Shown here: one piece after another, positions 19,002-30,285 of the stretch
Layout of the letters: the number at the start of each line of letters is the position of its first letter
Numbering within the stretch: the stretch's first letter is position 1
Origin: Macrostomum lignano
Taxonomy: Eukaryota
DNA length: 42,496 nucleotides
NCBI GenBank assembly: GCA_002269645.1
Contig: NIVC01000117.1
Coordinates: forward strand, 1 to 42,496
Reading direction: 5' to 3'
Notes under the pieces: generated by a model
What the model saw: the letters and a program-made list of their open reading frames with translations, nothing else
What the model was told of the DNA's origin: nothing
Databases searched by the model: none
Position numbers and translations under genes: made by a program

Positions 19002-22000
19002 CTACAACAGTTGGCGGCAGAACTGCGACACAGCTGATTGACGTCTGGACATTTCATGCTGCTCCTGGGGCAGCGGAGGGCGCAGCTTCGAGTCGATGTG
19101 GACCAGCAGAGCCGAGTAGATGAACCGGTACTGGCCAACGTTCTGCACCATGCCCTCCCGCTGGTAGCGCATCTGTTTCACTGTCTGACTCACGTCTAGT
19201 ATGGCCTGTTATGAGTTAAATAAAAATCACCGATTTGTGAAGGCTCGAAGTCCAGGTACGAGTGCAGTTTACTGAATGTTTTTAAACCCCATTCTAAAAC
19301 AGTAAGACGTGAAAACGCGCTCATAAATCACTGCCCTCGTACGTGTAGCGTACATTTAGCATGACTCTTGAAAATCTTGAAACTCACTGCGGTTGAAATC
19401 CAAATAAGTCTTAGGCAGAAAATCCTGAGTAGCTTCCAAGTTACACAATACTTCTTCAAAGAAAAGTAGTCCAGGCAACGTAAACTTTATCCCCAACCAT
19501 ATGTGGTTTCTGGCCTGTTGAGTGCTCTTGCACTTTTTGAGTTGTTTTTGCGTGCGCCCTAGGCGGCCATCCCCAGACCAGTTCTGGCTGGTTGGGGAGG
19601 GGGGGGCGCTCGGCCCAGCTTGAGTCTTTCCCCGCGGCAGCCACTGATTGGCTGGGCTTGTGTTTTTGTGTTTTTCTTTTCTGGCTCCCAGTCAATCAGA
19701 TCTGCTCGGCGGGCACGCTGATTGGCTGAGGGGTCGTCTCTTTTGTTTGGCGTCTCTCTCTCTCTCTCGCGCTGTCTGCCCCAGTCATAGATAAAGTATA
19801 CATAGATTCCACCCCTGCCCAGAATGTACACACGCTCGTGTCCAAACTTTGACCACCATAAAACTCACCGTGCTCTCATTGGCTGGCGCGAAAGCCTTCC
19901 TTTCAACCCCTTCGATTTCATTCCCTCACCCCTTCCACACAAGAAAGCTTTATAACTTTAATGCGCGGAACGAAAGGATGTCTTACCAGTTTCAACAGTT
20001 TAGCAAGAATAAAGTCGACACGCAAGTGTTCCGCTTTGGGCTGCAATTCCGTTCAACGGAAAGGCAGCGTGTCTTTTTTTGCCTACCCAATTAAGCAACC
20101 TTCATTACTTTCCGAATGGCTGTGCCACGTTGAGACAACGCCTGGATTTGCACCAACGTCCTGCAAATATTTGTGTGAACTGCACTTCAGTGCAGCAGAT
20201 ATTGCCATCGAGTCACAAGGTGCAAAATCGCCGGGCAGGTTTCGCAAGCGCTTGAGACCTGGAGTTGCGCCAAATTGCGAGTGGAAGGTGGATCCACCTG
20301 TTCTGGAGCCTGCGGATCCACCTGTTCTGGAGCCTGCGGATCCACCTGTTCTGGAGCCTGCGGAAGAATCTGCTAGCACCGAGCCACCCGTTCTTCACCG
20401 CTTCGACGAGGACCCCACATTCGAGGAGCAACGAATTAGCGCTGCGGATGCCAAGCGGTTGAAGAACAAGAAGACACTATCTGCTCTGCAACTCTTGCGA
20501 CGTAAGTTGTCTAGGCGGCTGGCCTCCCGTGCAAGGAGGTATGCTTTGGCAAAGCAGCGTTCTAGGAAGCTGAAGACCTTCGAGCTCAAGCTGCTGGCCG
20601 CTGATCAGGCTTTGCAGCGTGCGATTGAGCAAAGGAAAGATTCAGAACTTGCAATGAAGCAGTTCCGCTGCCTGCTGACTGCGAAAGGAAAATCTTTGCT
20701 AAGCAACCCCATCCGTGAAAAGGCGGGTGCTTTTAGCGAAGAAGTTCGGCGTTTTGCAAGCGAGCTGCACTACTGCTCACCACGTGCGTATGCTAATCTT
20801 CGCCGCTACTTCCGGTTGCCTGCAGATGAGACGATTCGGCGCTGGAACAGATTTGAATGTCAGGCAGGAGTTACTGCTGTGTCCATCGAAAAGGTAAAGG
20901 AGTTGTGCTCCGAATCTGTTGCCATGCGTGACTGGGCACTCGTGATTGACGCGATGCACATTCGCCGAGAAATCTGCGTCAATGTCGGCAGCAAGCGGTT
21001 TTCCGGGTTTGCGGATGTCGGTGCCGGAAGCAACTGCTCCGATGATCAGGAGCTCGCTCGTGAAGCGGTTGTTCTCCTCGCAGTTGGTCTCAGGAGCTCC
21101 TGGAAGCTGCCCGTCGCCTACATTCTGCCCAATTCCGCAAAGCCTGCACAGCAGGCGCACCTGATTTCTCGCACGATTGAGGAGTTGAACAGCGTGGGCG
21201 CTGTTGTGCGAGCCCTTGTATGCGACTGCGCTGCCGTCAACTTGGCGACTGTCAAGCTCTTCGGTGCAAGCATCCCTGAAGCCCCGAGTTTTACCATCAG
21301 CAGTCAGCAGCAGCGCGTTCATGTTTTTTTCGACAACTGCCATCTGCTAAAGCTCGTTCGCAACTCCTTATCCGACTTGGGCTGCTTCGTGCACAACGGA
21401 TCCAGCATTTCGTGGCGCTTCATCGAACTGCTACACTCGTGCCAGCAGGCGGAAGGAGGCAGACTCGGCAACAGGCTCAGCACCAGGCACATTGAGTGGA
21501 AGAGGCTCAGCATGAAGGTTTCCCTGGCCGCACAGACGCTAAGTTCATCGGTGGCGGACGCTCTCCAGTTTCTGCAGGATGCGGGATGTCCAGAGTTCCA
21601 GGACTGTGGCGCCACTGTGAGGTTCATCCGCACGATCGACTCTCTGTTTGATGTCTTCAACTCTCGGTGAGTTAAAAATGACACTATATAATTGCACTTT
21701 TGTATGTAGCATTGTTTATTATATTTGCAAGTATAACATAGTCCGGCCGTAAATTATACTCAATTTATTAGCTGTATATTTAGTACCATGTTATTCTATT
21801 TTAAAGTGAAAAATAAGTCAAATTATTTTTTGTACCAATACACAGGCGAATTCATTATTATGATTACATAATTGAAACTAAATACGACAAATTGCGTGTA
21901 ATAAATTAATAAATGTATTAATAAATAAACTATTTCATACTTTCTCCTCTCCCAACAGATCCACTGCAACCTACAGACTAAAAGGCCCCCTGTGGAATTG

Positions 22001-25000
22001 CCCATCGAGTCTGGCTGTCACCTTCCAATTTCTGGACAGCGCGTGCTCCTTCATTCGTGAGCTGCAGACTGCGGACGGCAAGTCACTTCTGACGAGTCCT
22101 CGCCGAATGTGGGGCATCGGATACTGCTCCAATGCAGCTGCGCTACGGCTTCTCGTCGATGACCTTTTTGTGACGGGCGCTGGTGACTGGAAGTTTTTCC
22201 TGACCTACAAAGTGTGCCAGGATCCCCTGGAGCACTTTTTCGGCGAAGTGCGACAGCGCGGCGGGTTCAACAACAACCCAAACGTGGAGCAGTTCCGGTG
22301 AGTGCACGGATTACTGCATTACTGATTACTCTTTTGCTGCACTCTTATTGCAGTACAATAGTTAATAGGTTATTTCCAGAACAATTACGCATTTATTGTT
22401 GCATTGATGATAGAAGTTCGAGTTTTGGAATTGCAATCTACTCAGACTTACTTAATTATCCCGTTCCAGAGCTGCTTACCGGGCACTAGTTGGCCATCGA
22501 GTTGGAAAGCTCGGCTGCAAGTCACTGATGCCGCAGCTGCGACGATCGGCGGAGCCGCTCCCCGCCTCCACTTCGGCCAATTGCGCCGCTGAGGTCTCCG
22601 ACACCGTGAACCTGCCATCTGCGACTGCGCTCTCACTGGTCGGCGAGAACATCGCCGGCTACATCGCCGGCTACATTGGTCGGCAGCTCGTGAGCCGGCT
22701 GAACTGCATCTCGTGCAAGGAGGCGCTGGTTGGTTCTTGCCAGACGGTGAGGCTGGCGGCAATCAAGGACCAAGGAGGTTTGTTCCGCCCGTCTGCTGAC
22801 TTGTGCCGCTGTGTGCATTTCTGTGAGCTTCAACGCCGCGCCATTTCGCTTGGTGCCTTCAACTGCAAGACAGTTGACATGTTGGTCGCATCATCCGTGA
22901 GCGCAGCACTCTCCCAAGGTGTATTCGCTTCCCTGTCCTGTCATCAAGGCTCTGATGAAAATCATCGGTACTTTCTCATTCGGAGCATCAGTGAGAAGTA
23001 CGCATTTGTTCGACTTGCCAACTCAATTCGGAGCTTCAACTTGTCAGCCAAGAGCTCAGTGCGCCACCAGCTATGTAAGAAAGTTATTTTTCTCGGACAG
23101 TAATTTCGTTTACTTTTTTTTCGTTGGCCAGAAGCCAACGATTGTAAAAACAATACTTGGTTGACGTGTCGCGGTGCTTCGCTTTACTAAAAACTTCATT
23201 TACGTGCCAATGGCTTCTCTCTATTGCGTCCCACTTTTTGAGAATTGAGATGCTCTTCTCAATGATCCAAGTCATAAAAATAATAATCTATCAGGCTGAA
23301 TATGCTCTGCATTTTGCGCAATTTTTTATTATGATTTCGCTAAACTGTTTCACAATTTTTGCCAGACTTTTATTTTATGGCTAATGTCTTTTTCCAGTTT
23401 GCTCATACGAGTATTAGTTTATTCACTTCAATGTTATAATAAAACAGCGAAAAAACTGACATTGTCACGACGAATTTTGTCTTGTCTTTGGCTTTTAACT
23501 GCACGAGTGTTTATTTTAACTACTAAACTGAACTTCCAAGAAAAAAGAAAACTGTTTGTTGCTTCATTTAATCAAGAAAAAGTATGCTAGTGTTGCTGGA
23601 AAATTTGAATCACGTTTTTTATACAAGTTGCAAGTCCTTTAAGGAAGAAAGATAATAGAAAAGCGGAGTTGGGGGAATGTACACACGTGGACTCAATGTG
23701 CATAGCGTGGCCCAGCCAATAGGAGCGCAGTGAATAAAGTGATGGTCACAATTTAGACACTCCGCGGGGGTAGGGGTGGAATCTATGTATACTTTATCTA
23801 TGGCCCCAGTACCCTGTAGTGGTATATGGTATATAGTGGTATATAGTGCTCAAGCCTGGCCCAGCACCTTCCCCCACTCCGCGCCCCGCGCCTAGCTCTT
23901 CAAACTAAACTAGCGATATTCAAGCGAGCCGTAAAGACGTTTTCTTACTGAGAAGACTCTTAATTTTGCATGCGATACTCAAGCGAGCCGTGACTAGACG
24001 GTTTCTTACTGCGAGGACTCAATAGATTGCGAGCAAATAAAGCGGTCAGGTGGTAGCGATATTCGAACGAGCTCCACAGCTTCTGGCACCGGTAAGACCC
24101 CGAGTTCATTCGCTTCTTTAGCTTTTCCCAGGCCTTGCCGTAGCAGTGGTTCCATAGCTAGAGCGTCATCACGCCTGCGACTGTGACCACTGCAGCACAG
24201 CAGTGTTGTATATTGAGTATTATTGCAGTACTGTACCGGTTACTTTATATAGTGTGTACAACCTACAGTATCGAAACTATAGAAGCACCCGAGGAGAGTG
24301 TCACCACACCTCGAGCCGCAGCGTGAACTCTGAGTGTCACGACACCAGAGGGATCGACCCATTATCGCAGAGCGCCGTCACGCCTGCTCGTATCCATAAA
24401 AGTACAGACAGAGCGTCACTACGCCTGTTAAATTACGTATAACATATTGTACTCGGGACCTGGCACCCAAACCGACCCGGGTTACGACACATATTTACAA
24501 AAAGACTCTTACCTCGTCCACGCCGTAGCGATTGACGCAGTGCGCGAGGAAGTCGATGGCGATGAGACAACCGGTCCGTCCTAGGCCGGCGCTGCAGTGG
24601 AACACCATCGGAGGCTCAGCGTCGCCGACCGTGCCACTCGTTAAATTTATGTTGTTAGCCTTTTTCAGCAGCTCCAGCACGCTACCAGCCTCTCGAGGCG
24701 CGCCGTGATCTGGCCAGTCGTGGAATCGCAGCAAGTTCACTCGGATGGCTTCGCCGCCGCTCCGCGGGCGACCCTGCACTTCCACCAGCGTGTGAGCGAA
24801 GTGCCGATATTCTATTTCGTCGACAAACCGCACAAGCAGTGGCTCTTCAGTCACTGAAGACTTAAACTCCAGGCTGCCCTTTGATTTCGTTGGCCAGTAC
24901 TGATGGCACTTCCTGACTCGGTCTTCAACTTCCTTCGTAACCATGACAATGAGCCGGCAGCTCTCTTGCCAGACCATCTGCCAGAAGTCGCCACTAGTTG

Positions 25001-28000
25001 AGTTTAGCGGTCCCTGGGCTGCGATGTATCGCGCAGACACTTTCTTACGACTCCTGCCAGACTCCAGCCGCACCCAGCTGGCGTTGATGTAGCCGCTGCA
25101 CTCGCCCAGGGTCACCCGCGTGCTGTCGAAGGGCAGCACATTTCTGTAGCGATTCTTGGGCGCGTTCTCCGGCTTCTTGGCTTCGCTTTTGTACTCATCG
25201 CCCGGAGATTTCGTGGTCTGGGGAGTTGAGTGTAGTGGATAACTTTATGGTTCTTAGATTAGGATTCTGGGATTAGGATGCTGGGATCAGGACGTTAGTA
25301 TAAGGATAGTGGAATGAGAACGATGGGACAAGGGTTTAGGAATCGGGATGTTTAGATTCGGCTCATTTACATAGGCTGTTTTTTCTCCCCCAGAAGCCAG
25401 CATTAAAATTAAAACGCCCCAAATTCACTTTCCTGTGTGAACCTTAACTCACTTGCCGAATCATCTCGAACTCCTCAACGAATCCTTTGCAAGCGAGCAG
25501 CTCTTCGACCCTGAGTCTGGCCACCACAGCCAAGAAGGCCGTGCAGCTCAGCGGGGTGTCCAGTTTGTACCTGCGCTGCACCGGGTCCGCCAGGCTGCGG
25601 TTGGTGTAGAATTTGATCAGCTCGCCGATGCTGGGGTAGGAAAACTGCTCGGAGATGAAGTACTGCTTGCTGTTGAAGTAGCGGCGCATAGAAATTCTGA
25701 AAATACCGACCTGCGAGAGGCGACAACTTGACGGGTGTGATGTCTTCAAACTAGCTTGTACATGTATACGGAATCTCCGAACTTCCTCTATCTCCTCAAC
25801 TCTTCATCAGCTCCACTGTCTCCTCAACTCTTCATCAGCTCCTCTGTCTCCTCAACTCTTCATCAGCTCCACTGTCTCCTCAACTCTTCATCAGCTCCTC
25901 TGTCTCCTCAACTCTTCATCAGCTCCACTGTCTCCTCAACTCTTCATCAGCTCCTCTGTCTCCTCAACTCTTCATCAGCTCCACTGTCTCCTCAACTCTT
26001 CATCAGCTCTACTGTCTCCTCAACTCTTCATCAGCTCCTCTGTCTCCTCAACTCTTCATCAGCTCCACTGTCTCCTCAACTCTTCATCAGCTCCACTGTC
26101 TCCTCAGCTTCTCATCAGCTCTACTGTCTCCTCAACTCTTCATCAGCTCCTCTGTCTCCTCAACTCCTCAAGTTGGAGCCCGTCCCATTCCAATCCTCTG
26201 CAATTAGTCCTCACCTGATTGTCTTCACCCAAAACGCACAGCACCAGAGGCGCGTCAAACTTCCTGCCCCTGTACACCAGATAGGAGCCGATAGGGTGGT
26301 TGCCAACCAGCGCCCGAGCTTTGCTAGGGCTCAGGCCCGGATGGAACCACGCCTGGTGTGGTGGAAGGTCATCCTGGCCGCTGGCGCAGTGCCACCTTGG
26401 CTGCACGGACACGCCGTTTGAGAGGCGCAAAACTCGTCGACCAGATTCCAGGAAGTTGATGAGATCGCGAATCGAGGCAAATTTGCGGCTGGTTGGGGCG
26501 AGTTTAGGAAGACAAAAGGTCATTTGGGGTCATAAATATGACTAAGTGACATTGGTACCCACCGACCATAGACTGAGTACGATCGTTTTACCGACTCTTA
26601 CTGGTTGCTCATGGACAGTCATGAGTATGACCGACTCTCACTGGTTGGTCATAGAAAGTCATGAGTATGACCGACTCTCACTGGTTGGTCATGGACAGTC
26701 ATGAGTATGACCGACTCTCACTGGTTGGTCATAGACAGTCATGAGTATGACCGACACTCACTAATTGGTCATAGACAGTCATGAGTATGACCGACTCTCA
26801 CTGGTTGGTCATAGACAGTCATGAGTATGACCGACTGTCACTGGTTGGTCATAGACAGTCATGAGTATGACCGACTCTCACTGGTTGGTCATAGACAGTC
26901 ATGAGTATGACCGACTCTCACTGGTTGGTCATAGACAGTCATGAGTATGACCGACTCTCACTGGTTGGTCATAGACAGTCATGAGTATGACCGACTCTCA
27001 CTGGTTGGTCATAGACAGTCATGAGAATGACCGACTCTCACTGGTTGGTCATAGAAAGTCATGAGAATGACCAACTCTCACTGGTTGGTCATAGACAGTC
27101 ATGAGTATGACCGACTCTCACTGGTTGGTCATAGAAAGTCATGAGTATGACCGACTCTCACTGGTTGGTCATAGAAAGTCATGAGTATGACCGACTCTCA
27201 CTGCATGGTTAGTCATAGACAGTCATGAGAATGACCGACTCTCACTGGTTGGTCATGGACAGTCATGAGTATGACCGACTCTCACTGGTTGGTCATAGAA
27301 AGTCATGAGTATGACCGACTCTCACTGGTTGGTCATAGACAGTCATGAGTATGACCGACACTCACTAATTGGTCATAGACAGTCATGAGTATGACCGACT
27401 CTCACTGGTTGGTCATAGACAGTCATGAGAATGACCGACTCTCACTGGTTGGTCATAGAAAGTCATGAGTATGACCGACTCTCACTGGTTAGTCATAGAC
27501 AGTCATGAGTATGACCGACTCTCACTGGTTGGTCATAGACAGTCATGAGTATGACCGACTCTCACTGGTTGGTCATAGACAGTCATGAGTATGACCGACT
27601 CTCACTGGTTGGTCATAGACAGGGACTACTTAAATTAGGGACGGGAAACCGGCCAAATCATGCAGAAAATAGTTGAAGGCTGGTTTTTTTTAGTGCTCCC
27701 TAAAATTTTATTATTGAACGTAGAAGGTATTTCGCCAGCAATGTAGAGAGTTTATCCCTCTACAAGATGCACAACTTAAATTTTTTCAATCTTCATTATG
27801 AAAGTAGCAGTGAGATTTTTTGTGCAGTACCTCTTTTTTCACAGATATAGAGAATGCCTTTTAAAAATCTGCAGTCGCACGGCTTGTTGTCTATGGTATA
27901 AAATGCATCACTATAACACTTGTTTATCAATTGAGCATGCAACGAAGGCTTGGCTTTAGTCTGTCTGATAACTAATAGAGCCTTATATGTATAAATGAAT

Positions 28001-29940
28001 GAAGAGCTTAGCTAAAGGCCAAAGAAACTCTAGCAAGCCAACTTTTTTCGAGCCAAAAAGCTCACGAGACCCCCATCGGGTGGAACATCAACGTAGAGCT
28101 ACCCGGACCGGATGTAGCGAGGCTTTGGCAGTTGCTAGAGCGCAACGAGAACTTGTTCGCCAAGCACGAGTTCGACCTGGGCACGATGGAGCTGCTGCAG
28201 CACCAAGTCGAACTGGAAACGGGAACGCGGCCGCACCGGCAAATCCAAGCAGCGTCGTCTGCCTCTGTGCGAGACCAGGTGAATAAAAATATCGTACAGA
28301 TGCTGGACAGCGGCATCATCGAGCCGTCGTCGTCGTCATGGGCGAGCAACCTGCTGGTGGTCTGCAAGAAGAACGGCAAAATGTACGGACTGGCGGCAGC
28401 TGAATGCCTGCACGGTCAAGGACGCGTACCCACTGCCGCACATGCAGGAAGCATGAATGCTCTGGTCGGGTGCTCCTGGTTCTCCACCATCGACTGTCGG
28501 CAGGGCTACTACCAGGTGGAGGTGGCGGAAGAGGACCGGTTTAAAACTGCCTTCTATTCGATCCGCGGCCTGACGCAGTTCCGCAGGACGGGCTTTGGAA
28601 TTTGCAATGCCCCAGCGACGTTCCAGCGGCTGATGGAGCTGGTGATGTCCGGTCTGTCCTGGGACTCCGTGCTGACTTACATCAACGACATCATCGTCTT
28701 CAGCATAACCTTTGACAAGCATCTAGTGAGACTTGAGCGCGTTTTTTTAACGGCTGCGAGATGCGGGTCTCAAACTGCACAATGCGAAGAGCGTGTTCGG
28801 CCATCGCCGGGTGCTGTACCTGGGACACCTGATCAGCGAGCAGGAAGGTATTGCACCGGACCGCAGCAAGTTTGAGGTCATTCGCAGCATCCCTAGTCCA
28901 AAGTCGGTCGAAGAGGTGAAGCGATTCCTCGGCATGCTGCTACCGCCGATTCATCAAAGGGTTCAGCCAGATGGCGAGAGTCCTGCACGATGCGTGAAAT
29001 CGAGAGACTTCGCATGAACCGACTACTACGAGCAAGCTCACAGTAAAGGAAAATTGACCGCAAGAAGCAGGCGCGGGGAGTTCTGATTCCTCCGATTTCC
29101 TGGAGATGGTTTCCAGGGGAAAGCTGGCATACAGGCCTGAGTGGCTGCTTTAATTCTCTCGCCTATGGTCCGCCAGCTTTACACTGCAGTCTCCAAGCTG
29201 TGCCTCCCCGTGTGCATAACTTTTTTTCTGACCATTGCCGAATGCTGCCGAACTTCTTTCCTGGTCATACGTACGTACAGTCACCGACTGCGACTCCGTG
29301 AAAAAAATCGTCTGCTGCTTTCCCTTTGCTCTATTTCCATTGCCCCCCCCCCCCGAATTCGCGTGGCTCGGTTTCAGAGTAATTGCAGTGCAACTTTCAG
29401 AGTAATGACAAGGAAAATTTCATTTTTTATTCAGTTATTCAAGGCTAGTTTTTAGACGACGCAGCAGAAGCGGCTACAAGCTTAACTGAATAGTGATTAT
29501 GCTTGTGCAGAAACCCTAGACATTTCAAAAAGGCATTATGTTAAATTCCCTAGAAAAAGGGGGTGCATCTTGTAGAGGGATAAATTCTGTACAGGATGGC
29601 GAAAAAACCAGCTTTCCACGTTGAATAATAAATTCAAGGGAGCGCTAGAAAAACAGTCATGAGTATGATCGACTCTTACTGATTGCTCATAGACAGTCAT
29701 GAGTATGATGGACTCTCAATAGCATGCCATACAGCTACTTACCTGGGATTTCCATCAATGTACAGCTCACAGCAGTCGCTGTACTTCACCTGGATGTAAT
29801 AAGTGTGGCTGTGCCACAACACCGCCAAGATCTGCTCAGCATCAGCGTCAGATTCCTTCGGGCAGCTGGGCAAAATTGCGAAGTTGCCCGACTTTCTTAG
29901 AAATATCTGCTCAGGATTTTGTAAGCTGGCGTGGAACTGG
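19002..29940 (-). CDS. SHP/corkscrew-like tandem-SH2 protein tyrosine phosphatase; exons 29940-29743, 26488-26215, 25710-25453, 25217-24513, 19205-19002 (first coding exon unresolved)
   Basis: KNRYRNVLPFD, YINAS, YIAAQGPL, DFWQMVWQE, KCHQYWP, WPDHGAP, VFHCSAGLGRTG and MVQNVGQYRFIY are all intact. Two SH2-like domains (QFHASL...ELYIDGNPSRKFASIRDLINF; WFHPGLS...YPSIGELIKFY). All junctions are GT-AG with matching phases 2,0,0,0. PTPN11/6-like architecture; orthology not proven. Confidence 0.9.
19786..23802 (+). mobile_element. Complete P-superfamily (THAP9-like) DNA transposon, 4017 bp
   Basis: Perfect 31-bp TIRs CATAGATAAAGTATACATAGATTCCACCCCT at 19786-19816 and 23772-23802. Identical 8-bp TSD GCCCCAGT at 19778-19785 and 23803-23810. 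Encodes a THAP transposase. Confidence 0.97.
19961..23103 (+). CDS. P-element/THAP9-like transposase, about 892 aa; exons 19961-21666, 21959-22297, 22470-23103
   Basis: THAP C2CH (CSALGC...W...P...LCELHF, GVAP box), coiled coil, LVIDAMHIR, VCDCAAVN, DNCHLLKLVRN, MKVSLAAQ, FDVFNSR|STAT, CQDPLEHFFGEVRQRGGFNNNP, QFR|AAYRAL, C-terminal CISC motif. Both introns are GTGAGT...CAG in phase 2; 1706+339+634 = 2679 nt with no internal stop. Confidence 0.92.
23913..24075. repeat. Degenerate ~58-bp tandem repeat, 2 copies plus a partial third
   Basis: gcgata(t/c)tcaagcgagccgt...ttcttactg..(a/g)gactc at 23913 and 23971, with a partial copy at 24057. Confidence 0.65.
24204..24489 (-). mobile_element. Probable solo LTR, ~286 bp
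   Basis: TG...CA ends with near-inverted termini (TGTCGTA...TACAACA on minus) and a TATATAAA toward the 3' end. No TSD found, which lowers confidence. Confidence 0.5.
25792..26168. repeat. Intronic minisatellite, 28-bp unit (ctcttcatcagctccactgtctcctcaa), about 13 copies
   Basis: Direct reading; variants ccact/cctct alternate in the 5' half. Confidence 0.95.
26603..27620. repeat. Intronic minisatellite, 40-bp unit with internal hairpin, about 25 copies; resumes at 29653-29720
   Basis: Unit agtcatgagtatgaccgactctcactggttggtcatagac; TATGACCGAC pairs with GTTGGTCATA. Confidence 0.96.
27620..29652. mobile_element. TIR element (right tip deleted) related to the 11303 MITE, inserted in the 40-bp array
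   Basis: Left end CAGGGACTACTTAAATTAGGGACGGGAAACC resembles CAAGGACGACTTAAGTAGAAGGACGGGAAACC. Inverted arms ~27684-27772 and 29563-29652, including a perfect 22-bp match (27751-27772 vs 29563-29584). Confidence 0.75.
28100..28950 (+). pseudogene. Ty3/Gypsy reverse transcriptase fragment, frameshifted
   Basis: MLDSGIIEPSSSSWASNLLVVCKK, KDAYPLP (shifted frame), FSTIDCRQGYYQV, KTAF, GFGICNAPATFQRLM, YINDIIVFS (YxDD mutated), YLGHLIS, KSVEEVKRFLG. No gag, integrase or flanking LTRs are visible. Confidence 0.9.
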
Positions 29941-30039
29941 CTGCGGGTGGAGGTGGCAGAAGGCGGATTGGTATGGGATTGAAATGTGACTGCGATGGGA
30001 TTAGGCAGGATCGGAGTTGTGATCAATATGGGACTGGTA

Positions 30040-30285
30040 TTAGATTGGGTTGGGGTTTAATATGGGATTAAGATGGGATTTGGAATAGAATAAATGATAG
30101 AATTGAGACGGGAATACGAGTAGTTGGATTGGAATGGGATCCAGATCGGATTAGGTGGAATTGAGGTGGGATTGAGATGGGATCCGGATGGGATCGGGTT
30201 GGGATCGGTTTGGGATCGGGATGGGATTGGGATGGGATCGGGATGGGATCGGGATGGGATCGGGATGGGATCGGGATGGGATTTA
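30040..30285. repeat. GGGAT/GGGATC-rich low-complexity repeat
   Basis: Runs of gggatcgggat; strongly G-skewed. Confidence 0.85.

Noticed and set aside
19560-19785. Promoter-like patch (two CCAAT boxes, G runs) beside the P insertion
   Set aside because: No gene start can be tied to it; it may belong to an older repeat.
20083-22833. Antisense and alternative-frame ORFs over the transposase; likewise over the PTP, LINE, Gypsy and sacsin regions
   Set aside because: Shadow ORFs expected from GC-rich codon usage, with no motifs.
26603-27620. CRISPR-like palindromic repeat array
   Set aside because: Units are head-to-tail with no unique spacers, there are no cas genes, and the context is eukaryotic.
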